Shown here one piece after another: positions 34,417 through 44,565 of a stretch of DNA of 64,000 bases. The first letter of the stretch is position 1, and every line of letters begins with the position of its first letter. The notes beneath the pieces are model-generated. The model was not told the DNA's origin. It saw only the letters and a list, made by a program, of their open reading frames with translations, and did not search any database. The position numbers and the translations under genes were made by a program. Origin of the DNA: Torpedo marmorata (lineage: Eukaryota). The stretch covers positions 58,962,001 through 59,026,000 of the forward strand of contig OZ360232.1 in assembly GCA_977017645.1 (NCBI GenBank). The letters run 5' to 3'.

Positions 34417-36675
34417 AGTGTTAAGATTGAGATGGTTTGAAAGGATAGTACTAAAATATGTAGATTGCTCGGACTTGAATGATAGAGGGTTGAGTGGCTG
34501 ATGAAGTTAATGGAGTGATTGGTAAGTTGTTTGAATATCAGATTCAATCATATTGCCACCTAATGCTGTCATTAAAATTCTTTCTCTCTGCATTTATTTT
34601 CTGCAGGCTCTCCATTTGACATTAATTTCTGCCATGACTTCTTTCCAATGCCATCTGGAAATATGGTTCAAGGGCCTCATCTCCACACCACCCTGTCACT
34701 ATCATTGCCACACTGCAGACACAGTCTCCCCCTCCTCTCCATTGCCTTGCTCTGAGGCCTCCAGCTTATTATGAGAAACATTGGATTATGCTCTCTTGAA
34801 ATTAATGTTCAGAATGAATTAAATTCCTGACGACACGATGCATTACCCTTTCAAAAGGGTAGTTCTTCCTTGAAGCAATACTGCTGGCATGTAACAAAGA
34901 GTGAAAAAAGCAGTGGCTAAATGGAACATGCACACACTGATGAAAATCAGTGGGCATCATAAATTCCATTCTTGGAGCTGAGCAGTGAACAAGAGTATAT
35001 TAATGGTTAACCTTGATTCCCAGAGCCTTTTACCCTTTTCCAATTTAACCACAATTTACTAATTGTTATATTGTTAGGCTTGGAAATTTGAACCTGATAA
35101 GTAACAAATGTATAAATCCCCTTCTAAAAGACGTTTCCAGCTTTAGATGCAGAAAAAGCATTTGATAGATTAGAGTGGGATTTTTTGTTTAACGTATTAG
35201 AGAAATTTGGACTTGGGACTAATTTTTTAAATTGGATTAAAGCATTATATAATAATCCTAAAGCCAAAGTAGTAACTAATGGACAAATGTCTATGCTATA
35301 TAATTTGACAAGATCTAGTCGACAAGGATGTCCTTTATCCCCAGCTTTATTTGTTCTAGCCATAGAATCACTTGCCCAGAAAATCCGTTCTGATTTACAA
35401 ATTAAGGGTTTTAGGATAGGTCAAAAAGAACATAAAATCAGTTTATTTGCAGATGATATTTTAATATATTTGACTGATCCTGAAATATCTTTGCAAAGAT
35501 TATATATTCAATTGGAGGAATATGGAAAGGTCTCGGGCTATAAAATAAATTGGGATAAAAGAGAAATAATGTCATTGACGGAAGGTGATTATACACATTG
35601 TCAGACAGGTACTCAGTTTAAATGGCCAAAAGAGGGTATTAAATATTTAGGTATACTGTTATGGACCATGACTGACCATTTGGACTGCGGACGGTCAGCA
35701 GGAAGGATGAATTCTTTTGGAGTATACACTGGGGCCAGGTACTGAAAGAGTTAACTTCCCCAGCTACTTGGTGTACCCAGACAAGATACATTGTTGCACT
35801 CTTGGTGTACCCAGACAGAGAGAGAGACAGAGACAGCCTGGACAAGATACATTTGTTTCACTTCTGCAAAAAGCAGAGGCAGATCTCTGCAAAGCAGACA
35901 CAGTTGTGAGTTGCAAGGCTACAAGACACAGCCAAATCCAGGTTTGTGCAGTCAGAGAAAAGACTGACAAAATAGCACATGGCCTCCTGTCTCAGAGAAA
36001 TTCTGAGAAAAAGCAACTTCTGTGGAGAACAGGCGTGAGATCAGCGAGACTAGCTGTGAGATTCAAGCATACGCCTAAATCAGTGGTATACTGATCTGGA
36101 ACTTGCAATCCTTATGAACCTACAAGAAGGGGACATCATCAGAGAAGAAAACAAGTATTTGTAAGCATAAACAGTCATTGACTCTCTCCAACGTTCATTC
36201 AGAAGTACTTCTACCAGACACAGAAAAAGTTGAAGCCTGAACTTAGAGAGTGGATTTTGTCGACTGTATTATCCTTTTTTTTTGACTGACTTGTTTTTTA
36301 TGACTGACCTGGGGTTTTTGGGGAAGGTTTTTCCATTTTTACATAAGGGTTGGGCACAGACTGTAATGGTCTGGGCTTTACACACACACACATACACAGT
36401 TTAGATAAGAATAGAGTTTATAGACGTTTATAGTGGGGTTAATTGTTGTGAAATTATATGTTTACTTGTGTTTAATAAATAATAATTTCAATTTTACCCC
36501 TTTTGCATTGCGTCTTCTGTCGTTGCTGGTTTGATTTTGTAACAAATTGGGGGCTCGTCCTAGGATTTGAATCAAAATCCATCTTGGTAATTGAAGTTTC
36601 CCAGTTTGGTTTAAGGCATTCCTTTTGGTAAAGCTAATTAAAAGCTAGTGTGTGTGTAACAAAAAACCAGCAACA

Positions 36676-39600
36676 ATGGATGTAGAACATTTTATGGAAT
36701 CACCTGAACCTGATACTTTAAAAAAGGCGAAAAAGCAACAGTTAGTGGCTATAGCAACAGAGTTGGGCATTGCTTCTGTAAAACCATCTATGAAAAAGGC
36801 AGAGATTGGGAGAAAAATAGTCAAATACTATATAAAAGAAAAAAAGTTTGAGGAGAGCATGTTAGAGCAGTTTCCCAAGGGTAAACCTTCTGAAAACATA
36901 CAGTTGGAATTAAAGAAATTGGAATTGGAGGCAGCCAGGGAACAAAAGGAATTGGGGGCAGCCAGAGAACAAAATAAATTAGAATTGGAATTAGAACAAA
37001 AGAGATTAGACTTAGAGAACAATGAGAGAAATAGGAAATATGAGTTGGAAAAGATGAGGTTGGAAAATGAGAGGAGACAAGAAGAGCGCCAAGATCAAAT
37101 TCGTCATCCTGCTGAGGGGTTTTTGGCTAGTAGAGAAGTTAGGTTGGTTCCTCCATTTGAGGAGGCAGAAATAGATAAGTACTTCCAACATTTTGAGAAA
37201 GTGGCTGTGAAATTAAAATGGCCACAAGACCAATGGTCTCTTATGTTACAAAGTGTAATAAAAGGAAAAGCTCAACAAGCTTATTCTACTCTTACCACGG
37301 AACAAGCTGCTGATTATGAAACGGTGAAAAAGGCTATACTCCAGGCTTATGAGTTAGTTCCAGAGGCTTATAGACAGAAGTTTAGAAATTTAAAAAGATC
37401 AGCAACCCAATCTTATACAGAGTTTGCCTATGAAAAGGTTGTGTGTTTTGACAGGTGGTGCACATCTAAGGAAGTAAACAATGATTACAATCAATTGAGA
37501 GAATTGATAATAATCGAGGAGATAAAAAGGTGTGTTCCTGAGGATATTAAGGTATACTTAGATGAAAAGGAGGTGAAAATTTGGCAAGATTCAGCTAAGT
37601 TAGCAGATGAATATGCTTTAACCCACAAGCCTAAGTGGACGTCAGGTAGAATTTTCCAAAAGGTCACGGTGGATAATCAGAAGCAAGTGGAAAGTAAATT
37701 TGGAAGTGGTGTTAAGGAAAGGGATGAAGGAAAGTGGAAAAGGGAAAACAATTTGGGTCCCATTTGCCACTACTGTAGAAAGGCTGGTCATATGCTAGCA
37801 AGCTGTCCAGTGTTGAAAAAGAAGAGAGAAAAGGATGCAACACCTAATGCTTGTATTCAGAGTGAGAAGATGCATAACACCCAGGAAGGAGATAAATTTA
37901 CTGACAAAGTTAAAGATGTATTTAAACCTTTTGTGACTGATGGTTTTGTTTCAGTTAAGGCAGGATCAAAACAAGTGCCAGTGAAAATCTTGCGAGATAC
38001 TGGAGCTGCTCAGTCACTTGTGTTAGATAGTGTCTTGGAATTTTGTGAAGCTACTGACACCGGTGACATAAATTTAATTAAAGGAATTGGTGGTGAGGTA
38101 GAGTCCATTCCTTTGCACAAAATAGTATTGGACTCAGACTTGGTGGAAGGACCAGTTATAATAGGAGTGAGATCAGAGTTGCCAGTAGAAGGAGTCTCAC
38201 TGTTGTTAGGCAATGACTTGGCCAAGGGTAAAGAAGTTCCTGCAGTGAGAATGACCACTAAGCCAGTCATTGATAAGTCAGAGAAGGACTCTGATATTTA
38301 TCCGGCATGTGCCATAACCAGGGCCATGTCTAAGAAAAATAACTTGGTAAAAGAAAAAGAAACTGATAATCAAGAAAACCTGGAAACGGTTGAGCTATCT
38401 CCTATGTTACACTCATCCACTGATAAGACACCTAAAGGCACAGATTTGTCACTATCCCGACAGGAGTTAATAGCAAGGCAAAAGGATGATCCTGATCTTG
38501 CTGAGGTGAGGGATAAGGTTCTCTCTGAAGAAGAGATTAAAAAGGTGCCAGTAGGGTATTATGAAAAAAATTGGGGTGTTGATGAGAAAGTGGAGACCAC
38601 GTGATGTTCCTGCCAATGAAGAATGGGCAGTAGTGCAGCAGGTTGTGATCCCTAAAGTATATAGGGATGCAATAATAACTTTGGCTCATAGTACACCCTT
38701 AGGTGGTCATCTTGGGGTGAAGAAAACTATAAGGAAGATAATGAAACAATTTTATTGGCCCAGTTTGAGAAGGGAGGTTGTAAGCTTTTGCCGGGCCTGT
38801 CACACTTGTCAGGTGGTGGGTAAACCTAATCAGGGTCCCCCAGTGGCACCGTTGCAACCTATCCCTGCTTTCAGTGAGCCTTTTTCGAGAGTAATTGTGG
38901 ACTGTGTTGGCCCATTGCCCAAAAACAAAGCGGGGAATGAATATTTGTTAACAATTATGTGTGCAGCCACCAGATTTCCAGAGGCCATTCCTCTGAGAAA
39001 CATGAAAGCAAAGTCAATTGTAAAGGCTATGGTAAAGTTTTTCACCTTGGTCGGTTTGCCAAGGGAAATTCAATCAGATCAGGGCAGTAATTTCATGTCA
39101 GGCGTTTTCCAACAAGTGGTTGATGGACTGGGAGTTAAACAGATTGTATCCCCTGCGTACCATCCAGAAAGTCAAGGGGCCTTGGAGAGGTTCCATTCAA
39201 CTTTGAAAAACATGATTAGAACCTATTGTTGTGAAAAGGAAAAGGATTGGGATGAGGGGGTTCATTTGTTGTTATTTGCAGCGAGGGAGTCTGTCCAAGA
39301 TTCACTTGGTTTTAGTCCATTCGAGTTAGTTTTCGGACATGAGGTGAGAGGTCCTTTAAGATTATTAAAAGAACAGTGGATTAATCGTGATGTGCATTTA
39401 AATCTGTTAGATTATGTTTCCAAATTTAAGGATCGGTTACATAGGGCTTGTGAGATGGCAAAGGAGAATTTAAAGGCCACTCAACAGAGAATGAAGGTTT
39501 GGTATGATCGAAAGGCAAAGATGAGAACTTTTAAACCTGGTGAGAACGTATTAGTTCTGTTTCCCATCCATTCAAATCATCTTAGGGCTAGATTTTCAGG

Positions 39601-40335
39601 ACCCTATAGAGTTAAGTAAAAAATTAATGATGTCACCTTTGTCATAGAAACACCTAATCACAGACGAGACACACAGGTCTGTCATGTGAATATGATTAAG
39701 CCATATTTTGAACAGGTGCCACACAAAGGGACTGAGAATTTACCAGAGGTACTGGTTATTGACAGGGGTAAGGAGGAGACAGATAAAACCAGTTTCAGAG
39801 AGGGTAATGGTACTGTTAATTCTCGGGGTTATGTTGTAGGACAGGGGCAGTTGGCGCCAGTGGAGGCAAAGGTTGTCGCTATTTCCGAGTTCCCTGTTCC
39901 AATTGGTAAGAAAACTCTGAGGAGGTTCCTGGGAATGATTGGCTACTACCGCAAGTTCTGTAAAAACTTTGCTGATCTTGCGCTCCCTCTCACAAATTTG
40001 CTGAGAAAGAAAGAGAAATTTGTATGGTCAACAGGTTGTCAGGAAGCATTTGTCAAAGTGAAAGCCATGTTATGCCACCAACCTGTGCTTAAGTCATCTA
40101 ATTTAGAACAGTCGTTTTCTTTAGCCGTGGATGCCAGCGATGAAGCTGTGGGTCCGGTGCTGTTACAGAAGAAGAACGAAGAGGACATTGAACATCCGGT
40201 ATCCTACTTCTCGAAGAAGTTCAATGATCATCAAAGGAATTATTCAACTATAGAGAAAGAGTTGTTGGCTCTTGTGTTGGCTCTACAACACTTTGATGTG
40301 TATATCTGTACAGCTCAAAAACCACTCATAGTGTA
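36676..40335 (+). pseudogene. gag(SCAN-like CA, CCHC)-PR-IN-RNaseH; RNaseH completes at 45389-45547
   Basis: ATG 36676; YELVPEAYRQKFR..LRELII..AKLADEY; CHYCRKAGHMLASC; DTGA; frameshift in A-run ~38563-38570; TAA 39617-39619. Confidence 0.9.
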
Positions 40336-40768
40336 TGTCAGAAAAGAACTCACACGGAGTCTCAGCAAATGCAGCAGCGGTTGACTTTAATTTCTAACAA
40401 GTCTGCAGAGTTGGGCTCACCCTGCTCCTGCAGGAATTGAGAGCCCCGTTCCATCATTGTAGCAGCCTTTTATACATTTGTTTTACTCACAGGTTACATG
40501 AGTTCACATTCTGTTCCACACATTTCCTAATCTAGATCTTAGGCATTTCATCCATTTGGTTCACGTCCGCCCCTATCGCAAGCTTTTGCCACTACCCTAT
40601 TTCAATTCTTAGCATTTAATCGCAAAGCACTCCCCCTGTCTGGTTTTTGGTTTCCCATGTCTGCACAGGCATGCAGCTGCTATTTCAAAGAGCATTTTAA
40701 AAGCACATTCTAACAGCAGAACATTAACTTTTTCCTAACAATTCCACCCTTTTTCTTTTTAGAATGTG

Positions 40769-41106
40769 CTAAGGGTTCCAGGGGGTCCAACCCCCTCCCT
40801 CTGGGGTTCTTTGGAGCAACATTTTCACAGGGTCAGCAGGTTCCCCTGGTTGCATCACTTGCATCACAATTCGAGTTATAAGCATGCGGAAACAGGGAAT
40901 AACGCAGGGTAACAAGAGGAGCACTAACAATATGCCCCCTACCATTAGCAATGCTGTTTTAATATTTCACCATCATAACACCTGGAGGGGACTACCCCGG
41001 AGAGGACGGCCCCCCTCCTTCCCCTCACTTTCTTTCTTTCCCCATTGGTTGGTACAGAGAGAAAAGCAAGCAATGCTAACAACACAGCAATACAACTCCA
41101 ATTCAT
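40769..41106 (-). pseudogene. env: env remnant: signal peptide + TM anchor/cytoplasmic tail, ectodomain deleted
   Basis: ATG 41106 gives MNWSCIAVLLALLAFLSVPTNG; the out-of-frame piece LLMVGGILLVLLLLPCVIPCFRMLI ends just before the PPT. Confidence 0.75.
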
Positions 41107-41175
41107 TTCGAAAGTCTCTTCAGTTTCACGTGTAAGGGACGCTCAGTAGGTTCACAAGTCCATTCACTGTCCCTT

Positions 41176-44100
41176 TCAGCCACGGGTCCTTTCACCCGAG
41201 AGACGTGTGTCCACCCTTTTTCTTTTGTTCGTACTGCGGCCTCGGTAGTCAATAGGACCTGAAAGGGCCCCTCCCACTGTGGCTGGAGTTTTTTCTGGTT
41301 TCCAAGTCTTCACAAGGACCCAATCACCCGACACAATCTGGTGTAGAGCGAAATCCAATGGGGGAGTCTGGGCCAAAAGCCCCTTTTTCCGCAACTCTGC
41401 AAAGGAACGAGACAGTGCCAGTAAATAGTCCCTAAGAAAGATGTCCCCCCTTTCTAGTGAGGGAAATCCCTCTACCTGACTCCAATATGGCATTCCGAAT
41501 AACATCTCATAAGGAGAGAGTCCAATGTCTTTACGGGGCGCAGTACGAATCCGCAGTAATGCAATAGGAAGACATCTGGTCCAAGGTAATTTTGTCTCCG
41601 TCATCAATTTAGTAAGTTGTGTTTTTAAAGTGCTATTCATTCGCTCGACTCGTCCTGAACTTTGCGGATGCCAAGGAGTGTGTAATTTCCATTTAATACC
41701 TAATGCATCACAGATAAGCTGGTGTGTCTTGGATGCAAAGTGTGTTCCACGATCAGAATCTATTGACCCTATCACACCATATCTCGGGACAATATTCTCC
41801 AACAATATTCTGGCTACTGTTGGGGCATCTGCTTTGGTGGTTGGATATGCCTCTACCCATCTTGTGAAATGGTCCACAATTACCAACAAGTACCGCCACC
41901 TTTGTACCGGGGGCAATTCGGTGAAGTCGATCTGGACTCGGTGGAATGGTCTCAGGGCCAGGGGCTGCCCTCCTCCGGGAGAAGCTCGCATCACCTTCCT
42001 ATTTACCTTTTGGCATATGGGGCATCCCACCACTTCCTGCTGAGCCAGGGTGTAGATTCCTTTACATGCATATTCCCTGAGCACCGTATCACATAGGGCT
42101 TGGACTCCCCAGTGGGTTTGCTGATGTAGCTGCTGAAGAATGTTGCGGGTCACTTCCTTACTCAGTACTTGTCTTCCGTCCGAGATTCTCCATTTGCCAT
42201 CGGCTTCCTTCTGGGCTCCTAGTTGGTTCATTTTATCGATCTCCATTTGCGTAAAGAGCGGTAGTTTCGTCGGCTTTTCTCTCACCGGTATCAGAGTTAA
42301 AAGTTGTACCGATTCTTCAATGGCTGCCCGCTTAGCTTCTTCATCAGCTAGTCGATTTCCTACGGCCTCTGGAGAGTGTCCCTTCTGATGACCCGGAACA
42401 TGTACCACTGCAATTTCTGTGGGTAATGCCAGGGCTTCTAGGGTCAGACCCACCATCTGCTCGTGTGCGAGACCTTTTCCTCGTGCTGTAATCAATCCTC
42501 GCTCCTTCCATATCTTCCCAAACGTATGGACAATGCCATAGGCATACTTAGAATCCGTATATATCGTTCCGACTTCCTCCTCCAGACATTTCAGTGCCCT
42601 CTGGAGGGCATACAGTTCACATGACTGAGCCGACCAGCTGGCAGGGAGCCTGCCTGATTCCACCCTTTTTCCAGTTTTCCCGTCAATGATAGCATATCCG
42701 CTATGTCGTATTCCATCAATGCACCTGGAGGAGCCATCAATATATAACTCCTGTCCCTCTTCCAGGGGCACCTCCTGTAGGTCTTCACGACTCTTGGTCT
42801 GCAGGTCCACCAACTCAAGGCAATCATGCTCTGGCCCTTCCTCTCCTCCCGTCCTGTATAGGAACTGGGCCGGATTGTAGTTGGGATCCTTCGTGAAATT
42901 CAGGTCTTCGCCGGTCATCAGAATGATCTCATATTTCAAGATCCTGGAATCTGTTAGCCACCGGTGGGCCTTTTGTGCCAACAGGGCACTCACTGAGTGT
43001 GGTGAGTACACGGTGATTTTTCCTCCAAACGTCAGTTTCCGTGCTTCCTCCACTAGTACTGCAGTGGCGGCCACGGCTTGGATGCAGGTTGGCCATCCTC
43101 TGGATACCGGATCCAGCATTTTAGATAAAAAGGCTACTGGCTGGCGCTTTCCCCCCTTCTCTTGGGTCAAGACTCCAGACGCGATTCCCTCAGCATTGTT
43201 GACATATAGCTGGAACGGCTTTTCCAAGGCCGGGAGGGCCAGTACCGGTGCTCTTATCAACTGTCCTTTTATTTTTTCGAACAATCTTTCCTCCTCTTTC
43301 GTCCATAGTACCTCCCTTTCTTCTTCTCCTAGCTTTTCATATAGGAACTTAACCAGTGGTGTGTAATTTTCGATCCATATTCGGCAATAGCCCACTAGTC
43401 CCAAAAATTGGCGTATTTCCTTTTTACTTTGTGGTATGGGGAGTTTAATAATTCCAGCCACTCTTTCGGACGTGATGCAGCGATTTCCCTTAGTTAATAC
43501 ATGGCCCAAATATCGGACTTCTTTTTCCACAAATTGTAACTTTGTCTTGGAGACCCTGAGACCTTGCCCCCCTAAGAAATTTAGCAGTCTGATAGTGTCT
43601 TCTCTGATTTCACCCTCCTCAGGTCCGGAAAGAAGTAAATCATCTACATATTGTAGTAACTGGTTTTCAGGACTGCATTGAAACTCAGCCAGTACTTGTT
43701 CCAACATTCGTCCTTCCTCGGTCTGCTTATCCCATCGTGGATCCACTAGGGGAAATTTCTGCTCTCCGTTTACTGCTGCCCCTTGCGGCCTCTCCCTTTC
43801 CCATACCACGATGGCCGCCTGTCTGATCATCTGCCTTTCTTGGGCGGAAAACAACGTTCCCATTATGGCATACATTTCATCCCAGGTATATATGTTGGGA
43901 CCCAAGAACTGGTCTAATTGTTGCGCTAGTCCCATTGGATCTTCAAGTAAATTTTTAGTTTCCTTCTTGAAGGCTCGCACCTCTGTACTTGTTAGAGGCA
44001 CATTCACATACCCGGTCCCTCCGTCGGGACCTCCCATAGGTACCTCTCTTAATGGGCATATTTTTACCTCCTCCTTGCCCTTCTGTTCACGTTTTTCCAC

Positions 44101-44565
44101 GGATCTTGTCACTACCTGTTCTGATCGACTCTCTGCCGGAGGTCCTCTCCCTCTTCTGGTTCCCCTTTCCTCTTCTTTTCTCCCCTCTTCAAATTCCTCC
44201 TCCTCCTCCGAATCTTCAACCTCAGGAGCAGAGGCAGCCTGTGGGTTATTCAGCGGCGGAGGAGTATAGGGAGGAGGTAGATGGTTTAATACTTCCCAGG
44301 GGGCTTCTCCTTCGTCCTTCTTCGTTTGCATTTTAAAACTTCTTGTTGAATCCCCGGGCCCTGGGACCCAACAGGAGGCATATTCCCTTTCATCCGCCTG
44401 CGGATGAGGCTTAGAATTTACATACACATTCAGAGCCTGCCTTACCCATCCCTCATCTGACCCGAATGGTGGCCACCAAACTGACTGCCCTCTTATCGGT
44501 TGCTTTGACCATAAACTACTAAACCCGATCATTTTCATTTTCTGCTTTCCTCTCGTCCGTCCCAA
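41176..44565 (-). CDS. gag-pol: Fused Gag(MA, PPPY, CA N-part)-truncated RT-RNaseH-integrase ORF, 1129 codons
   Basis: WPPFGS, PPPY, PLREVPMGG..YVNVPLTSTEVR..LLEDP, then directly LLQYVDDLLL, YIDGSS, YTDSKY, HQQTH..CPIC, IDFTE, SDRGTHF, GRVERMN. Confidence 0.85.
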   Translation of the reverse strand: MGRTRGKQKMKMIGFSSLWSKQPIRGQSVWWPPFGSDEGWVRQALNVYVNSKPHPQADEREYASCWVPGPGDSTRSFKMQTKKDEGEAPWEVLNHLPPPYTPPPLNNPQAASAPEVEDSEEEEEFEEGRKEEERGTRRGRGPPAESRSEQVVTRSVEKREQKGKEEVKICPLREVPMGGPDGGTGYVNVPLTSTEVRAFKKETKNLLEDPMGLAQQLDQFLGPNIYTWDEMYAIMGTLFSAQERQMIRQAAIVVWERERPQGAAVNGEQKFPLVDPRWDKQTEEGRMLEQVLAEFQCSPENQLLQYVDDLLLSGPEEGEIREDTIRLLNFLGGQGLRVSKTKLQFVEKEVRYLGHVLTKGNRCITSERVAGIIKLPIPQSKKEIRQFLGLVGYCRIWIENYTPLVKFLYEKLGEEEREVLWTKEEERLFEKIKGQLIRAPVLALPALEKPFQLYVNNAEGIASGVLTQEKGGKRQPVAFLSKMLDPVSRGWPTCIQAVAATAVLVEEARKLTFGGKITVYSPHSVSALLAQKAHRWLTDSRILKYEIILMTGEDLNFTKDPNYNPAQFLYRTGGEEGPEHDCLELVDLQTKSREDLQEVPLEEGQELYIDGSSRCIDGIRHSGYAIIDGKTGKRVESGRLPASWSAQSCELYALQRALKCLEEEVGTIYTDSKYAYGIVHTFGKIWKERGLITARGKGLAHEQMVGLTLEALALPTEIAVVHVPGHQKGHSPEAVGNRLADEEAKRAAIEESVQLLTLIPVREKPTKLPLFTQMEIDKMNQLGAQKEADGKWRISDGRQVLSKEVTRNILQQLHQQTHWGVQALCDTVLREYACKGIYTLAQQEVVGCPICQKVNRKVMRASPGGGQPLALRPFHRVQIDFTELPPVQRWRYLLVIVDHFTRWVEAYPTTKADAPTVARILLENIVPRYGVIGSIDSDRGTHFASKTHQLICDALGIKWKLHTPWHPQSSGRVERMNSTLKTQLTKLMTETKLPWTRCLPIALLRIRTAPRKDIGLSPYEMLFGMPYWSQVEGFPSLERGDIFLRDYLLALSRSFAELRKKGLLAQTPPLDFALHQIVSGDWVLVKTWKPEKTPATVGGALSGPIDYRGRSTNKRKRVDTRLSGERTRG

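Noticed and set aside
34594-34774. Splice-acceptor-like TTATTTTCTGCAG with a short ORF
   Set aside because: No donor, no recognisable peptide and no supporting neighbouring exon.
40769-41106. A mini-Env (signal peptide fused to TM anchor) as a functional protein
   Set aside because: The two parts are out of frame (offset 155 nt) and the signal-peptide frame stops after 53 aa. Worth rechecking in sibling copies.
41281-41300. Programmed frameshift at the ERV integrase C-terminus
   Set aside because: A single extra A in a homopolymer shifts QWEGPFQV out of frame; more likely a mutation or sequencing error.
41525-44336. Plus-strand ORFs of 60-170 aa overlapping the ERV
   Set aside because: Antisense shadows of the long pol frame with no independent motifs.
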